In this document: positions 55,817 to 64,000 of the stretch, piece after piece
Layout of the letters: every line of letters starts with the position of its first letter
How positions within the stretch are numbered: the stretch's first letter is position 1
Origin: an uncultured Rickettsiales bacterium
GTDB lineage: Bacteria > Pseudomonadota > Alphaproteobacteria > Rickettsiales > UBA8987
Length of the DNA stretch: 64,000 nt
NCBI GenBank assembly: GCA_964564045.1
Contig: CAZLZP010000001.1
Coordinates: 9,039 to 73,038, forward strand
Direction: 5' to 3'
The notes under the pieces: generated by a model
Told to the model about the DNA's origin: nothing
What the model saw: only the letters and a program-made list of their open reading frames with translations
Databases searched by the model: none
Translations under genes and position numbers: made by a program

Positions 55817-57094
55817 ATGTTCATAAACTACGATAAAGAAGCAGAAAGAAATCTGCTGGAGATAAAGCGGAAAAAACTCTTCAGAGATTACCCGCTTATA
55901 TCTTCTATTGCTGAAAATGCCCCTTACGGAATAAATGAAAAGAACGGCAACAAAGTTATTATATGGGGAAATAACAATTACTTAGGGCTTTCTACACACT
56001 CAAAAGTTATAGCTGCAAAAATAAATACCGTTAAAAAATCTGGTACAAGTTCAGGCGGAACAAGAAATGTACTGGGCACCTCCAAAATTTTGAATGACCT
56101 GGAAATGAAGATAGCCAGCTGGCATGGTAAGGAAAAGGCGCTGGTGCATATTTCAGCGCTTGATGCTAACATTGGCGTTTTGGGAGCTTTGGGAAGAATA
56201 TTTAAGAATGCTGTCTTCCTTTCAGACGAAAATAATCATGCTTCGATCATTGATGGCATTAGAATAAGTGCGGCATCTAAATATATATTCAAACATAATG
56301 ATATTGCCGGGCTTGAAAATAAACTGAAAGAGATACGCACGGCCTCTGATGAAAGGCCTATAATTATTGTTGTCGAATCAGTTTATTCAATGAGCGGTGA
56401 TAAGGCAAAATTGAAGGAAATAGTTGAATTAAAGAATAAATATAATGCATTGTTATATCTTGATGAAGTACACGCCATAGGTATTTTTGGCAAGCGAGGC
56501 ACCGGCCTGGCCGAAGAACTTGGCCTTCTTGATGATATTGATCTTATCTGTGGAACCCTAGGTAAATCGGTAGGTTCAGCGGGTGGATATGTTACCGGTA
56601 GCACGGATATGATAGAATTTTTAAGGCATAATTCGCGTAATTTTATTTATACCACTGCCCTTTCACCTGATACCGCGGCGGCGGCATTGGCGGCAATAAA
56701 TATCATAGATTCAGCTGAAGGTACTGAACTTCGAGATAAGCACAAAAAAGTTATCAGGGAATTTAAAAAAGTGCTGAAGAAACATAACATAGAATTTTTA
56801 AATAACGAAGCGCACATAGTGCCTATAATTATTGGTGATGAACAGAGAACTAGCCTGATAGCAAGTGATTTGCTAAATGAATATAACATTGCCGTAACGC
56901 CACTTTTTGCACCAACTGTACCAATAGGCAGCGCACGCTTGCGTGTTAACCCAACTCCAAATCACACTAAGGAAATGGCCGAAGAATTTGGAGCCGCGCT
57001 GAGCACATTATTTAAAAAATATTCTGATACTAAACTTGTTGCTAATACGAACGAAGAAGCTAAATTAAAAAATAAATCGAGAGGGAGAAAATAA
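55817..57094 (+). CDS. hemA: 5-aminolevulinate synthase (alpha-oxoamine synthase family)
   Basis: 425 aa. 'WGNNNYLGL', 'GTSSGGTRN', 'ESVYSMSGD', 'DEVHAIG' and the PLP-lysine 'GTLGKS'. The ALAS assignment rather than BioF/Kbl is based on the SGGTRN block and overall colinearity. Confidence 0.8.
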   Translation: MFINYDKEAERNLLEIKRKKLFRDYPLISSIAENAPYGINEKNGNKVIIWGNNNYLGLSTHSKVIAAKINTVKKSGTSSGGTRNVLGTSKILNDLEMKIASWHGKEKALVHISALDANIGVLGALGRIFKNAVFLSDENNHASIIDGIRISAASKYIFKHNDIAGLENKLKEIRTASDERPIIIVVESVYSMSGDKAKLKEIVELKNKYNALLYLDEVHAIGIFGKRGTGLAEELGLLDDIDLICGTLGKSVGSAGGYVTGSTDMIEFLRHNSRNFIYTTALSPDTAAAALAAINIIDSAEGTELRDKHKKVIREFKKVLKKHNIEFLNNEAHIVPIIIGDEQRTSLIASDLLNEYNIAVTPLFAPTVPIGSARLRVNPTPNHTKEMAEEFGAALSTLFKKYSDTKLVANTNEEAKLKNKSRGRK

Positions 57095-57525
57095 TGAGTG
57101 CAAAATTAAAACATAAATTTGAAACCGAAGAATCAGTTGTTAGCAAGAACGCAGAATTCAGCGATAAGCTGGAACTGGCTAGAAACAAGGTAACCTGGGA
57201 GTATCTGGAATTTTCTTACAGCAATTTATTGCAGGAAGAATTCAACGAACTTGGCGCTGCATTAAAAGAAAAAGATGAAGTTGAAGTGCTTGATGGCGCT
57301 TTTGATGTTTCTGTTATAGCGCTTAACATTGCATATAAATTATTCCGCCAGAAAGGCTGTAACCACGAGGAAGCAAAACTAAAAACCGAGGAAGGCTTCC
57401 ACCGTGTTTTAGATAGCAATCTTTCGAAACTTCACCCTGATGGAACCGTTAAATTCCGCGAAGATGGCAAGGTTATGAAACCTGAAACTTTCAAACCACC
57501 TGTGTTTGATGATCTTCTAGGCTAA
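57094..57525 (+). CDS. MazG-like nucleotide pyrophosphohydrolase-fold protein
   Basis: 143 aa. 'LLQEEFNEL' (an EExxE motif) and 'LDGAFDV'. It forms a TAATG junction with hemA. Confidence 0.5.
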   Translation: MSAKLKHKFETEESVVSKNAEFSDKLELARNKVTWEYLEFSYSNLLQEEFNELGAALKEKDEVEVLDGAFDVSVIALNIAYKLFRQKGCNHEEAKLKTEEGFHRVLDSNLSKLHPDGTVKFREDGKVMKPETFKPPVFDDLLG

Positions 57526-57708
57526 TCTGTTCTCATCAAGCTTTTTCCACGCTTTTTCGTGAAAGAAGAAGCAGAATGTTTGTACTAAAGGCTCTATAGC
57601 TGAAATTGATAATGCAATAGCCATATTACCACTAACTGTATAAGCTACGATAAATGCCACCACGAAGTGCATTAGGCAGTATGTTGATGTTTTCTGTATA
57701 TCTCTCAT
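57517..57708 (-). CDS. Small two-TM membrane protein (DUF2061-like)
   Basis: 63 aa. The 'TSTYCLMHFVVAFIVAYTVSG...EPLVQTFCFFFHEKAW' pattern is what I associate with DUF2061. Confidence 0.55.
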   Translation of the reverse strand: MRDIQKTSTYCLMHFVVAFIVAYTVSGNMAIALSISAIEPLVQTFCFFFHEKAWKKLDENRLA

Positions 57709-57793
57709 ATAGTTATTTCTTTGTATAACTACATTATACCATATTATAACTATACATGAAATCGATTGATTTTATATTATTGATAGATTTTAT

Positions 57794-59095
57794 CTATCGA
57801 CCCAAGCTAATATACTTAATGCCTTTCATATCTTTAGGATGGTACAGATTACGAAGATCTACCAGGGTTTTGCCTTTAAGGGTTGTTAGTTCAAGGCTGG
57901 CAAATCTTGGCCATTCGGTAATAATGGAAATTACGGAGCAGTTCTTTACTACCTCTTCTTTAGAACCGCAGAATTTAAGACTGGATTGCTTCGCATTCGC
58001 TAGGAACGACGAGAAGTGAGAGCGGGCATTTTCCATCGCTTCAGGATCATAAGCGAAAACTTTTGCGCCGGCTTTAAGCAATTCTTCTATTATAACCAGC
58101 GCTGAAGAATCACGGATATCATCTGTATTGGCCTTGAATGCGATACCTAGAACACCAATATTCTTGCCTTTTACAGAGCCCCCGGCAGATTTGATTATCT
58201 TTTTTGCCATGCTAACTTTGCGCTTATCGTTAGCTTCTATAACTGAAGAAATAATTTTTGTTGGCGAGCCTGCATCTTTAGCAATTTTCTCGAAGGCTTT
58301 AGTATCTTTAGGGAAGCAACTACCCCCAAAACCAGGGCCAACTTTCAGGAACCTGTTACCAATACGCTTATCTAGCCCCAAACCTTCAGCTACTTTTTCA
58401 ACATCAGCCCCTGCTGCTTCGCATATATCGGAAACCTCGTTAATGAATGAAACACGCATAGCTAAGTAGGCATTTGCCGCATATTTTATCATTTCAGCGG
58501 TACGGATATCGGTATTCAATATTTTAACATTATTTATTGGGCGATATAGCGAAGCCACCTTTTCAAAGGTTTTACTGTTGTTTGTGCCGATAATTACCCT
58601 GTCTGGCTCCATGAAATCTTTTACCGCCGCACCTTCCCTCAAAAATTCTGGGTTGGAAGCCACTTCAAACTTTAGCTTAGGATTAGCCTTTTGGATAACC
58701 TGTTTAATTTTATCGTTGGTGCCCACCGGAACGGTAGATTTAGTAACTATAATGGCCCCATTCTTGGCATTTTTTGCGATGGTTTTGGCAGCGCTATATA
58801 TATATGTAAGATCGGCCGAACCATCTTTGGCAGAAGGCGTGCCAACAGCCAGGAATATAATATCAGCTGAACTTAGGCCTGTATTTAGGTCTGAGGTGAA
58901 TTTAAGCCTTCTGGCCTTGAAATTCTTATTAACTAACCCCTCTAAGTCATTCTCAAATATAGGTATTTTGCCTTTTTTAAGGCTCTCTATCTTCTTTTTA
59001 TCAATATCGACACAGGTAACATCTGCCCCAAGCTCGGCAAAGCAAGTGCCTGATACTAAACCAACATATCCTGTTCCAATAACTACTGTTTTCAT
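57794..59095 (-). CDS. ugd: UDP-glucose 6-dehydrogenase
   Basis: The canonical start 'MKTVVIGTGYVGLV' is at 59095; the track start at 59131 adds 12 residues. Catalytic 'GFGGSCFPKD'. Confidence 0.92.
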   Translation of the reverse strand: MKTVVIGTGYVGLVSGTCFAELGADVTCVDIDKKKIESLKKGKIPIFENDLEGLVNKNFKARRLKFTSDLNTGLSSADIIFLAVGTPSAKDGSADLTYIYSAAKTIAKNAKNGAIIVTKSTVPVGTNDKIKQVIQKANPKLKFEVASNPEFLREGAAVKDFMEPDRVIIGTNNSKTFEKVASLYRPINNVKILNTDIRTAEMIKYAANAYLAMRVSFINEVSDICEAAGADVEKVAEGLGLDKRIGNRFLKVGPGFGGSCFPKDTKAFEKIAKDAGSPTKIISSVIEANDKRKVSMAKKIIKSAGGSVKGKNIGVLGIAFKANTDDIRDSSALVIIEELLKAGAKVFAYDPEAMENARSHFSSFLANAKQSSLKFCGSKEEVVKNCSVISIITEWPRFASLELTTLKGKTLVDLRNLYHPKDMKGIKYISLGR

Positions 59096-59203
59096 GGGTC
59101 TTCTTTTATGTGAAATATTGGCTTGACACAAGCACTATTATCTGCGAAATAGAGGCCCCTTCAGCCAATAAGGCTGTTGTAAACTATTATTTTTGAGAGA
59201 TAT

Positions 59204-59680
59204 ATGGCAGTTAAAGCTACAAAATACGCGAAACACGCGGAAGTTAAAAGAGATTGGTTCGTTGTTGATGCAACTGACCTGGTTGTTGGTCGTATGGCGA
59301 CAGAAATTGCAAAAGTTCTGCGCGGCAAACACAAGCCAACTTATACACCTTCTACTGATGTGGGCGATTTCATTATCGTTATAAACGCAGAGAAAGCTGT
59401 GTTCACCGGCAACAAATATGAAGATAAACAGTATTTCCGTCATACTGGCCACCCAGGTGGTATAAAAGAAGCTTCTCCTCGCCTTCTTCACCTTGAGGGT
59501 AAATCTGAAAGGATCATCGAGAAAGCCGTTCAAAGAATGATTCCTAGAAAAGATATACTTGGAAGAGATATGTTCAAAAAATTGTTTGTTTATACAGGTG
59601 CGGAACACCCTCACACTGCGCAACAACCTAAAATACTAGATATAGGCGCTAAAAACCGTAAAAATAAAAAATCTAACTAA
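59204..59680 (+). CDS. rplM: 50S ribosomal protein L13
   Basis: 158 aa. '[21 protein letters not shown]' and '[12 protein letters not shown]'. Confidence 0.96.
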   Translation: MAVKATKYAKHAEVKRDWFVVDATDLVVGRMATEIAKVLRGKHKPTYTPSTDVGDFIIVINAEKAVFTGNKYEDKQYFRHTGHPGGIKEASPRLLHLEGKSERIIEKAVQRMIPRKDILGRDMFKKLFVYTGAEHPHTAQQPKILDIGAKNRKNKKSN

Positions 59681-59689
59681 GGTATTAAA

Positions 59690-60199
59690 ATGATAAATAT
59701 TCCTACAGAAGCTAAAAAATCTGCAAAAGCTAAAAAATCTACAGAAGCTGTAGCTGAAGTTGCTGCTAATGAAAATGAAACAGCTCCTCGCAAAGCTGTT
59801 ATAGATTCTAAAGGCCGCGCTTATGGCACAGGCCGTAGAAAAGTTGCAGCTGCCCGCGTTTGGATAAAGCCTGGTACCGGCAAAATAACTGTTAATGGCA
59901 AATCTGTTGAAAAATATTTCGCTCGTCCTGTTCTACAAATGATAATCAACCAACCGTTAGAAGCTACTAAAAATGCTGGTAAGTATGATGTATTCTGCAC
60001 CGTTGAAGGTGGTGGTCTTTCTGGTCAGGCTGGTGCGGTTCGTCATGGTATATCTCGCGCGCTTGATAATTATAACCCGGAAGTTAATCACAAATCTCTT
60101 CGCACAGGTGGCTACCTAACCCGTGATTCAAGAGTTGTTGAAAGGAAAAAATACGGTCGCAAGAAAGCCCGTGCAAGATTCCAGTTCTCTAAACGTTAA
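59690..60199 (+). CDS. rpsI: 30S ribosomal protein S9
   Basis: 169 aa. '[13 protein letters not shown]', '[19 protein letters not shown]' and the C-terminal '[12 protein letters not shown]'. It carries a K/A-rich N-terminal extension. Confidence 0.96.
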   Translation: MINIPTEAKKSAKAKKSTEAVAEVAANENETAPRKAVIDSKGRAYGTGRRKVAAARVWIKPGTGKITVNGKSVEKYFARPVLQMIINQPLEATKNAGKYDVFCTVEGGGLSGQAGAVRHGISRALDNYNPEVNHKSLRTGGYLTRDSRVVERKKYGRKKARARFQFSKR

Positions 60200-60228
60200 T
60201 CGATCGAGAATTTCGATATTACATTTAA

Positions 60229-60255
60229 AGGCTGGAAATTCTCCAGCCTTTTTTG
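60229..60255 (+). terminator. Intrinsic terminator after rplM-rpsI
   Basis: A perfect 8-bp stem AGGCTGGA / TCCAGCCT with loop AATTC, followed by a T-run (60249-60254). Confidence 0.8.
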
Positions 60256-60380
60256 TTTGATGCTTGCCTTCTGGCTTCGCACCCTTCGGGCGCTAAAGCG
60301 TCAAATTATTCTTACTGAACAATTTTCTTTATTATTTTTGAAATTTATAAGATATATTCCAATAAGATTAGGAAATTCAT

Positions 60381-61418
60381 ATGACAATCAATGTTACAGT
60401 TGTTGGTGCAAGCGGTTACACAGGCGCTGAGCTTATTCGTATATTGCTTAACCACCCAAAGGCTAAAATAAAGTCGCTGCTGGCTGATTCTAACGCAGGC
60501 AAAGAGCTTGCCGAAAGCTACCCTCACCTGGCAAATGCTGGGCTGCCAAAGCTTATTAAATTCGAAGAAGAGGATTTTAAAGGCGTGGATGCAGCGTTCA
60601 TGTGCCTGCCACACGGCACCACTCAGGAATATGCCTTAAAGATACCTTCTCATGTTAAAATAATAGATATCTCGGCTGATTTCCGTTTGACCAGCCTTGA
60701 TGAATATGAAAAATGGTATGGAAATAAGCACCAGGCTCCTGAACTACAAAAAGGCGCTGTGTACGGACTTACAGAAATAAAGCGTGAAGAAATAAAGAAA
60801 GCCAAGCTTGTTGCTTGCCCGGGTTGCTACCCAACTTCAATTTTACTGCCACTTATACCTTTACTTGAGAAAAAGCTTATCAAGAAAACAAACATTATTG
60901 CTGATTCTAAATCTGGTATCAGCGGCGCTGGGCGTAAGGCAGTGCAAGGCAATCTGTTCACCGAAATTAACGAGAACCTTAAACCTTATGGTCTTGCCGG
61001 GCACCGCCACGTTTCCGAGATAGAGCAGGAACTGGCTATAGCCGCAAAAGACAAGCTTATGATAACTTTCACACCGCAGGTTGTACCTATCAATCGCGGT
61101 ATGCTTTCAATAATTTATGTGGAAAATGAGAAAGGCGCTACAGCCGCTGATCTGAAAACCGTCCTTGAAAATAAATATAATGGTGAGAAATTCGTTAAGG
61201 TAGCAAAGGGCGCCTATGTGCCTACCATACGTGATGTTGCATCTACGAATGAAGCATTAATAAATGTATTTGCTGACCGTATTGAAGGTAAAAGTATAAT
61301 AATATCGGCCATAGATAACCTTACAAAAGGTGCTTCCGGACAGGCGGTTCAGAACATGAATATTATGTTCGGGCTGGATGAAGGCATGGGCCTTAACTTT
61401 ACACCGGTATTTCCGTGA
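60381..61418 (+). CDS. argC: N-acetyl-gamma-glutamyl-phosphate reductase
   Basis: 345 aa. 'VVGASGYTGAEL' and the catalytic-Cys context 'ACPGCYPTS'. Confidence 0.94.
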   Translation: MTINVTVVGASGYTGAELIRILLNHPKAKIKSLLADSNAGKELAESYPHLANAGLPKLIKFEEEDFKGVDAAFMCLPHGTTQEYALKIPSHVKIIDISADFRLTSLDEYEKWYGNKHQAPELQKGAVYGLTEIKREEIKKAKLVACPGCYPTSILLPLIPLLEKKLIKKTNIIADSKSGISGAGRKAVQGNLFTEINENLKPYGLAGHRHVSEIEQELAIAAKDKLMITFTPQVVPINRGMLSIIYVENEKGATAADLKTVLENKYNGEKFVKVAKGAYVPTIRDVASTNEALINVFADRIEGKSIIISAIDNLTKGASGQAVQNMNIMFGLDEGMGLNFTPVFP

Positions 61419-62209
61419 GCAGAATAAAAAATAAATTCGCCGAGCTGAAAAAAAGGAAAAAGACAGCGTTCGTTTCCTATATAATGGCCTGCGACCCGAA
61501 TAAAAAGATTACAGCAGAATTGTTAGAAAAGCTGCCCTCCGCAGGAGTTGATATTATTGAACTTGGCATGCCTTTTTCTGACCCAATGGCTGAAGGCCCA
61601 ACAATTCAAAGGGCGGCGGCGCGAGCGCTAAAAACCAAATACAATATTAAAACCTGTTTTGATATCGTTAATAATTTCAGAAAAAATAACAACCACACAC
61701 CAATAGTATTAATGGGATATTACAACCCTATATTCGTTTATGGCTGCGATAAATTCTGCAAAGATGCTAAAAAGAACGGGGTAGATGGCGTTATAATTGT
61801 TGATCTGCCACCGGAAGAAGAAGCGGAATTCACAAAATATTCCAATAAAGAAAAGCTTGATATGATAAGGCTTACAACCCCAACTACTGATGAAAAAAGG
61901 GCAAAGATAATAACTAAAAATGCCAGCGGGTTTGTTTACTATATTTCCGTTGCAGGCGTTACCGGTGTTAAAAGTGCGGTTACAAAAGAAGTTAAAACTT
62001 CAGTTAACAGGCTAAGAAAAAGTACCAAATTACCTATCTGCGTAGGCTTCGGTATTAAAGATGCAAAAACCGCAAAAGATATAGCTTCTACCGGCTGTAA
62101 CGGCATTGTTATAGGCTCGGCCTTCATAAATATAATTGAAAAAGATACCAAAACCGCAGTTTCAAACTGCGTAAAATTCGCGAAAGAAATTAGAAATGCT
62201 ATTGGCTAG
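61415..62209 (+). CDS. trpA: Tryptophan synthase alpha chain
   Basis: 264 aa. GTG start overlapping the argC stop (GTGA). 'ELGMPFSDPMAEGPTIQ' and 'GFGI' motifs. Confidence 0.9.
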   Translation: MSRIKNKFAELKKRKKTAFVSYIMACDPNKKITAELLEKLPSAGVDIIELGMPFSDPMAEGPTIQRAAARALKTKYNIKTCFDIVNNFRKNNNHTPIVLMGYYNPIFVYGCDKFCKDAKKNGVDGVIIVDLPPEEEAEFTKYSNKEKLDMIRLTTPTTDEKRAKIITKNASGFVYYISVAGVTGVKSAVTKEVKTSVNRLRKSTKLPICVGFGIKDAKTAKDIASTGCNGIVIGSAFINIIEKDTKTAVSNCVKFAKEIRNAIG

Positions 62210-63458
62210 CAGCCTTCTTCTTGCTTCCACCTTCAGCACAATCTATCAGCGCTTTAATGCCAGGCAGGTTCTTGCCTTCCAGCCATTCAAGGAACGCACC
62301 GCCAGCCGTAGAAATATAGCTGAATGAATCTTTCAAACCTGCTGCAGAGATAACAGAAATAGTATCACCGCCACCGGCAACCGAATTCAGGTTCTGATTC
62401 TTTGTGAAATATACAACCGACCTTGCAAGAGCTATTGAACCATTATCGAACGGCGGGTATTCAATTGCCCCAACAGGCCCATTCCATATCAGCGTTTTAC
62501 ATTTTGCTATCGTGTTGTTCCACTCAACAACTGTTTGCGTACCAATATCAAGTATCATGTATTCAGCCGGAACTTTATTGACAGAAACAAGCCTTGAATT
62601 TTTGCCGCCAGTGATAGACTTTGCAACAGCAACATCTACCGGTAACATTATGCTGCAGCCTTTATCTTCGGCTATTTTCAGTATTTCCAGCACCTTCCCT
62701 TTAAGATCGTGTTCACATAAAGAAGCGCCGATATTGATGCCCTTAGCGTGAAGGAATGTATTGGCCATACCACCGCCAATGAATATGTAGTTCGCCCTAT
62801 CTATAAGCGAGTATAGCAGATCTATCTTGGAAGAAATTTTAGAGCCGCCAACTATAGCGCCCATTGGTCTTTCTGGTTCGTGTAATGCTTTTGATAGGCA
62901 ATCTACTTCTTTTTCCAGAAGCAGGCCGGCATAGGCCGGAAGCAACTCTGCAACGCCTGATATTGAAGCGTGCGCACGGTGTGAACATGAGAAAGCATCG
63001 TTAATATAGTAATCACCCAGAGATGCTAGCTGTTTACAGAAAGCAGGATCATTCTCTTCCTCTTCCTTATGGAAACGAAGATTTTCAAGTATAACAACGT
63101 TTCCCGGTTTTAGCGATTCAACCGCTTCCTTAGCCGCAGCACCAACGCAATCTAAACCGAATTTTACTACAATGTTTTTGTTGGTATGTTCCTTCAGCGC
63201 GCTTTGTACATCATCTACTATTGTAGAAAGCGTGTAGTTGCTATCAAACTTACCTTCCGGACGACCAAAGTGGGAAATTATAACCACCTTCGCCTTTTTA
63301 TCCAATAACTGAGAGATAGTTGGAACCAAGCCAACTATACGCGTGTTGTCAGAAACCTTACCAGCTTTTACAGGCACGTTAAGATCTGCACGGAGAAGTA
63401 CTCTTTTCCCGTTAAGGTCCAGCTTTAGAAGATCGCTTAATGTGTTGAACTTGGCCAT
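62199..63458 (-). CDS. pgk: Phosphoglycerate kinase
   Basis: 419 aa. 'RADLNVPV', 'SHFGRP', 'FSCSHRAHAS' and 'GGGDT'. Confidence 0.95.
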   Translation of the reverse strand: MAKFNTLSDLLKLDLNGKRVLLRADLNVPVKAGKVSDNTRIVGLVPTISQLLDKKAKVVIISHFGRPEGKFDSNYTLSTIVDDVQSALKEHTNKNIVVKFGLDCVGAAAKEAVESLKPGNVVILENLRFHKEEEENDPAFCKQLASLGDYYINDAFSCSHRAHASISGVAELLPAYAGLLLEKEVDCLSKALHEPERPMGAIVGGSKISSKIDLLYSLIDRANYIFIGGGMANTFLHAKGINIGASLCEHDLKGKVLEILKIAEDKGCSIMLPVDVAVAKSITGGKNSRLVSVNKVPAEYMILDIGTQTVVEWNNTIAKCKTLIWNGPVGAIEYPPFDNGSIALARSVVYFTKNQNLNSVAGGGDTISVISAAGLKDSFSYISTAGGAFLEWLEGKNLPGIKALIDCAEGGSKKKAASQ

Positions 63459-63520
63459 ATTTTTTTGTGTTTTATATATCTAATCAACAAACTATCAAAG
63501 CATTTTTTAATTACAAAAAA

Positions 63521-64000
63521 TTACCTGTTTTTATATGTATTTGCCAGTACTCTTATGCGGTTAGCTGCTTGTCTGAAGTTATACAGGTCTTTCCCGATAA
63601 GTTTCTTGCCGCCTGCAGGAAGTTTAGCCCGAAGTGGATCTATTGCGGTACCGTATCTTTGTAATTCAAAGTGAAGATGTGGGCCTGTTGAACGACCGGT
63701 TGTACCAACGTAACCGATAAGTTCACCTTTCTTAACCCTTTTCCACCTGTACATGCCTCGCGCAAAGGCACTCATGTGGCCATATGCCGTGCTCCACATG
63801 CTATCGTGCTTTATACGAATGAAATTACCATACCCGCCAAAACGACCGAATTTATCTATGGTGCCTTCACCAGCAGCATAAATTGGCTCACCCCTTTTTG
63901 CTCCAAAATCTACGCCTGTGTGCAGCAACCTTCGCCCCAGTATAGGATGTCTGCGATATCCAAAGCCTGATGTTATTCTGTGTCTGCCACGCAGTGGGCT
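63521..64000 (-). CDS. M23-family peptidoglycan metallopeptidase (5' end lies beyond the window)
   Basis: The frame stays open to position 64000. My translation of 63929-64000 gives 'SPLRGRHRITSGFGYRRHPILGRR' and then 'LLHTGVDF', so the 'M' in the track is an internal TTG. 'GYVGTTGRSTGPHLHFE' follows. Confidence 0.88.
   Translation of the reverse strand, partial: SPLRGRHRITSGFGYRRHPILGRRLLHTGVDFGAKRGEPIYAAGEGTIDKFGRFGGYGNFIRIKHDSMWSTAYGHMSAFARGMYRWKRVKKGELIGYVGTTGRSTGPHLHFELQRYGTAIDPLRAKLPAGGKKLIGKDLYNFRQAANRIRVLANTYKNR

Noticed and set aside
60256-60300. Imperfect hairpin 'GATGCTTGCCTTCTGGCTTCGCACCCTTCGGGCGCTAAAGCGTC' downstream of the rpsI terminator, considered as a possible sRNA or second terminator.
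   Set aside because: The stems contain mismatches and there is no U-tract, promoter or conservation information. It cannot be supported from sequence alone.

Overview
This is a compact, AT-rich chromosomal segment that looks alphaproteobacterial. The markers are a circularly permuted two-piece tmRNA with tag ANDNFAASDELAMAA, a 5-aminolevulinate synthase, and a che operon with two cheY genes and STAS genes. About 70 tightly packed genes are mostly housekeeping, with many 1-16 nt overlaps and TAATG/ATGA junctions. From left to right they are: sodB and uvrC; a MoxR-DUF58-DUF4381-BatA-BatB-BatD aerotolerance-type operon; putA, a GST, lysA, thiL, dnaX-ybaB, purF, purL and an FNR; then an 11-gene chemotaxis operon. 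After the che operon come era-rnc-lepB-motA, fabI, two envelope proteins, suhB, efp, metZ, a degenerate-GGDEF/EAL protein, plsY and dprA. These are followed by ssrA, dnaA, radC, tsaD, a ratA-like gene, coaD, tyrA and fliN, then a prepilin peptidase with an orphan secretin and two unknown membrane proteins. The right end carries an aminotransferase, vapBC, hemA (ALAS), ugd, rplM-rpsI, argC-trpA, pgk and a truncated M23 peptidase. I saw no CRISPR array, IS element, rRNA or tRNA. No clear-cut novel multi-gene system is evident. The items most worth a second look are: (1) the che operon, where one short acidic ...LF motif recurs at three protein C-termini and twice inside CheA, alongside a small CheZ-like protein and a soluble MCP carrying a CheZ C-peptide-like 'QVDDLL' segment; (2) an apparently exported protein with three FtsZ C-terminal-peptide-like 'PAFLR' motifs; (3) a dnaA lacking the conserved ~20-aa helix between Walker B and sensor I; (4) an A9 tract in dnaX placed where tau/gamma recoding occurs in other bacteria; (5) an untracked 54-aa lipoprotein gene wedged between thiL and lysA. 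All functional calls rest on reading the translated ORFs for family motifs. No database search was run.
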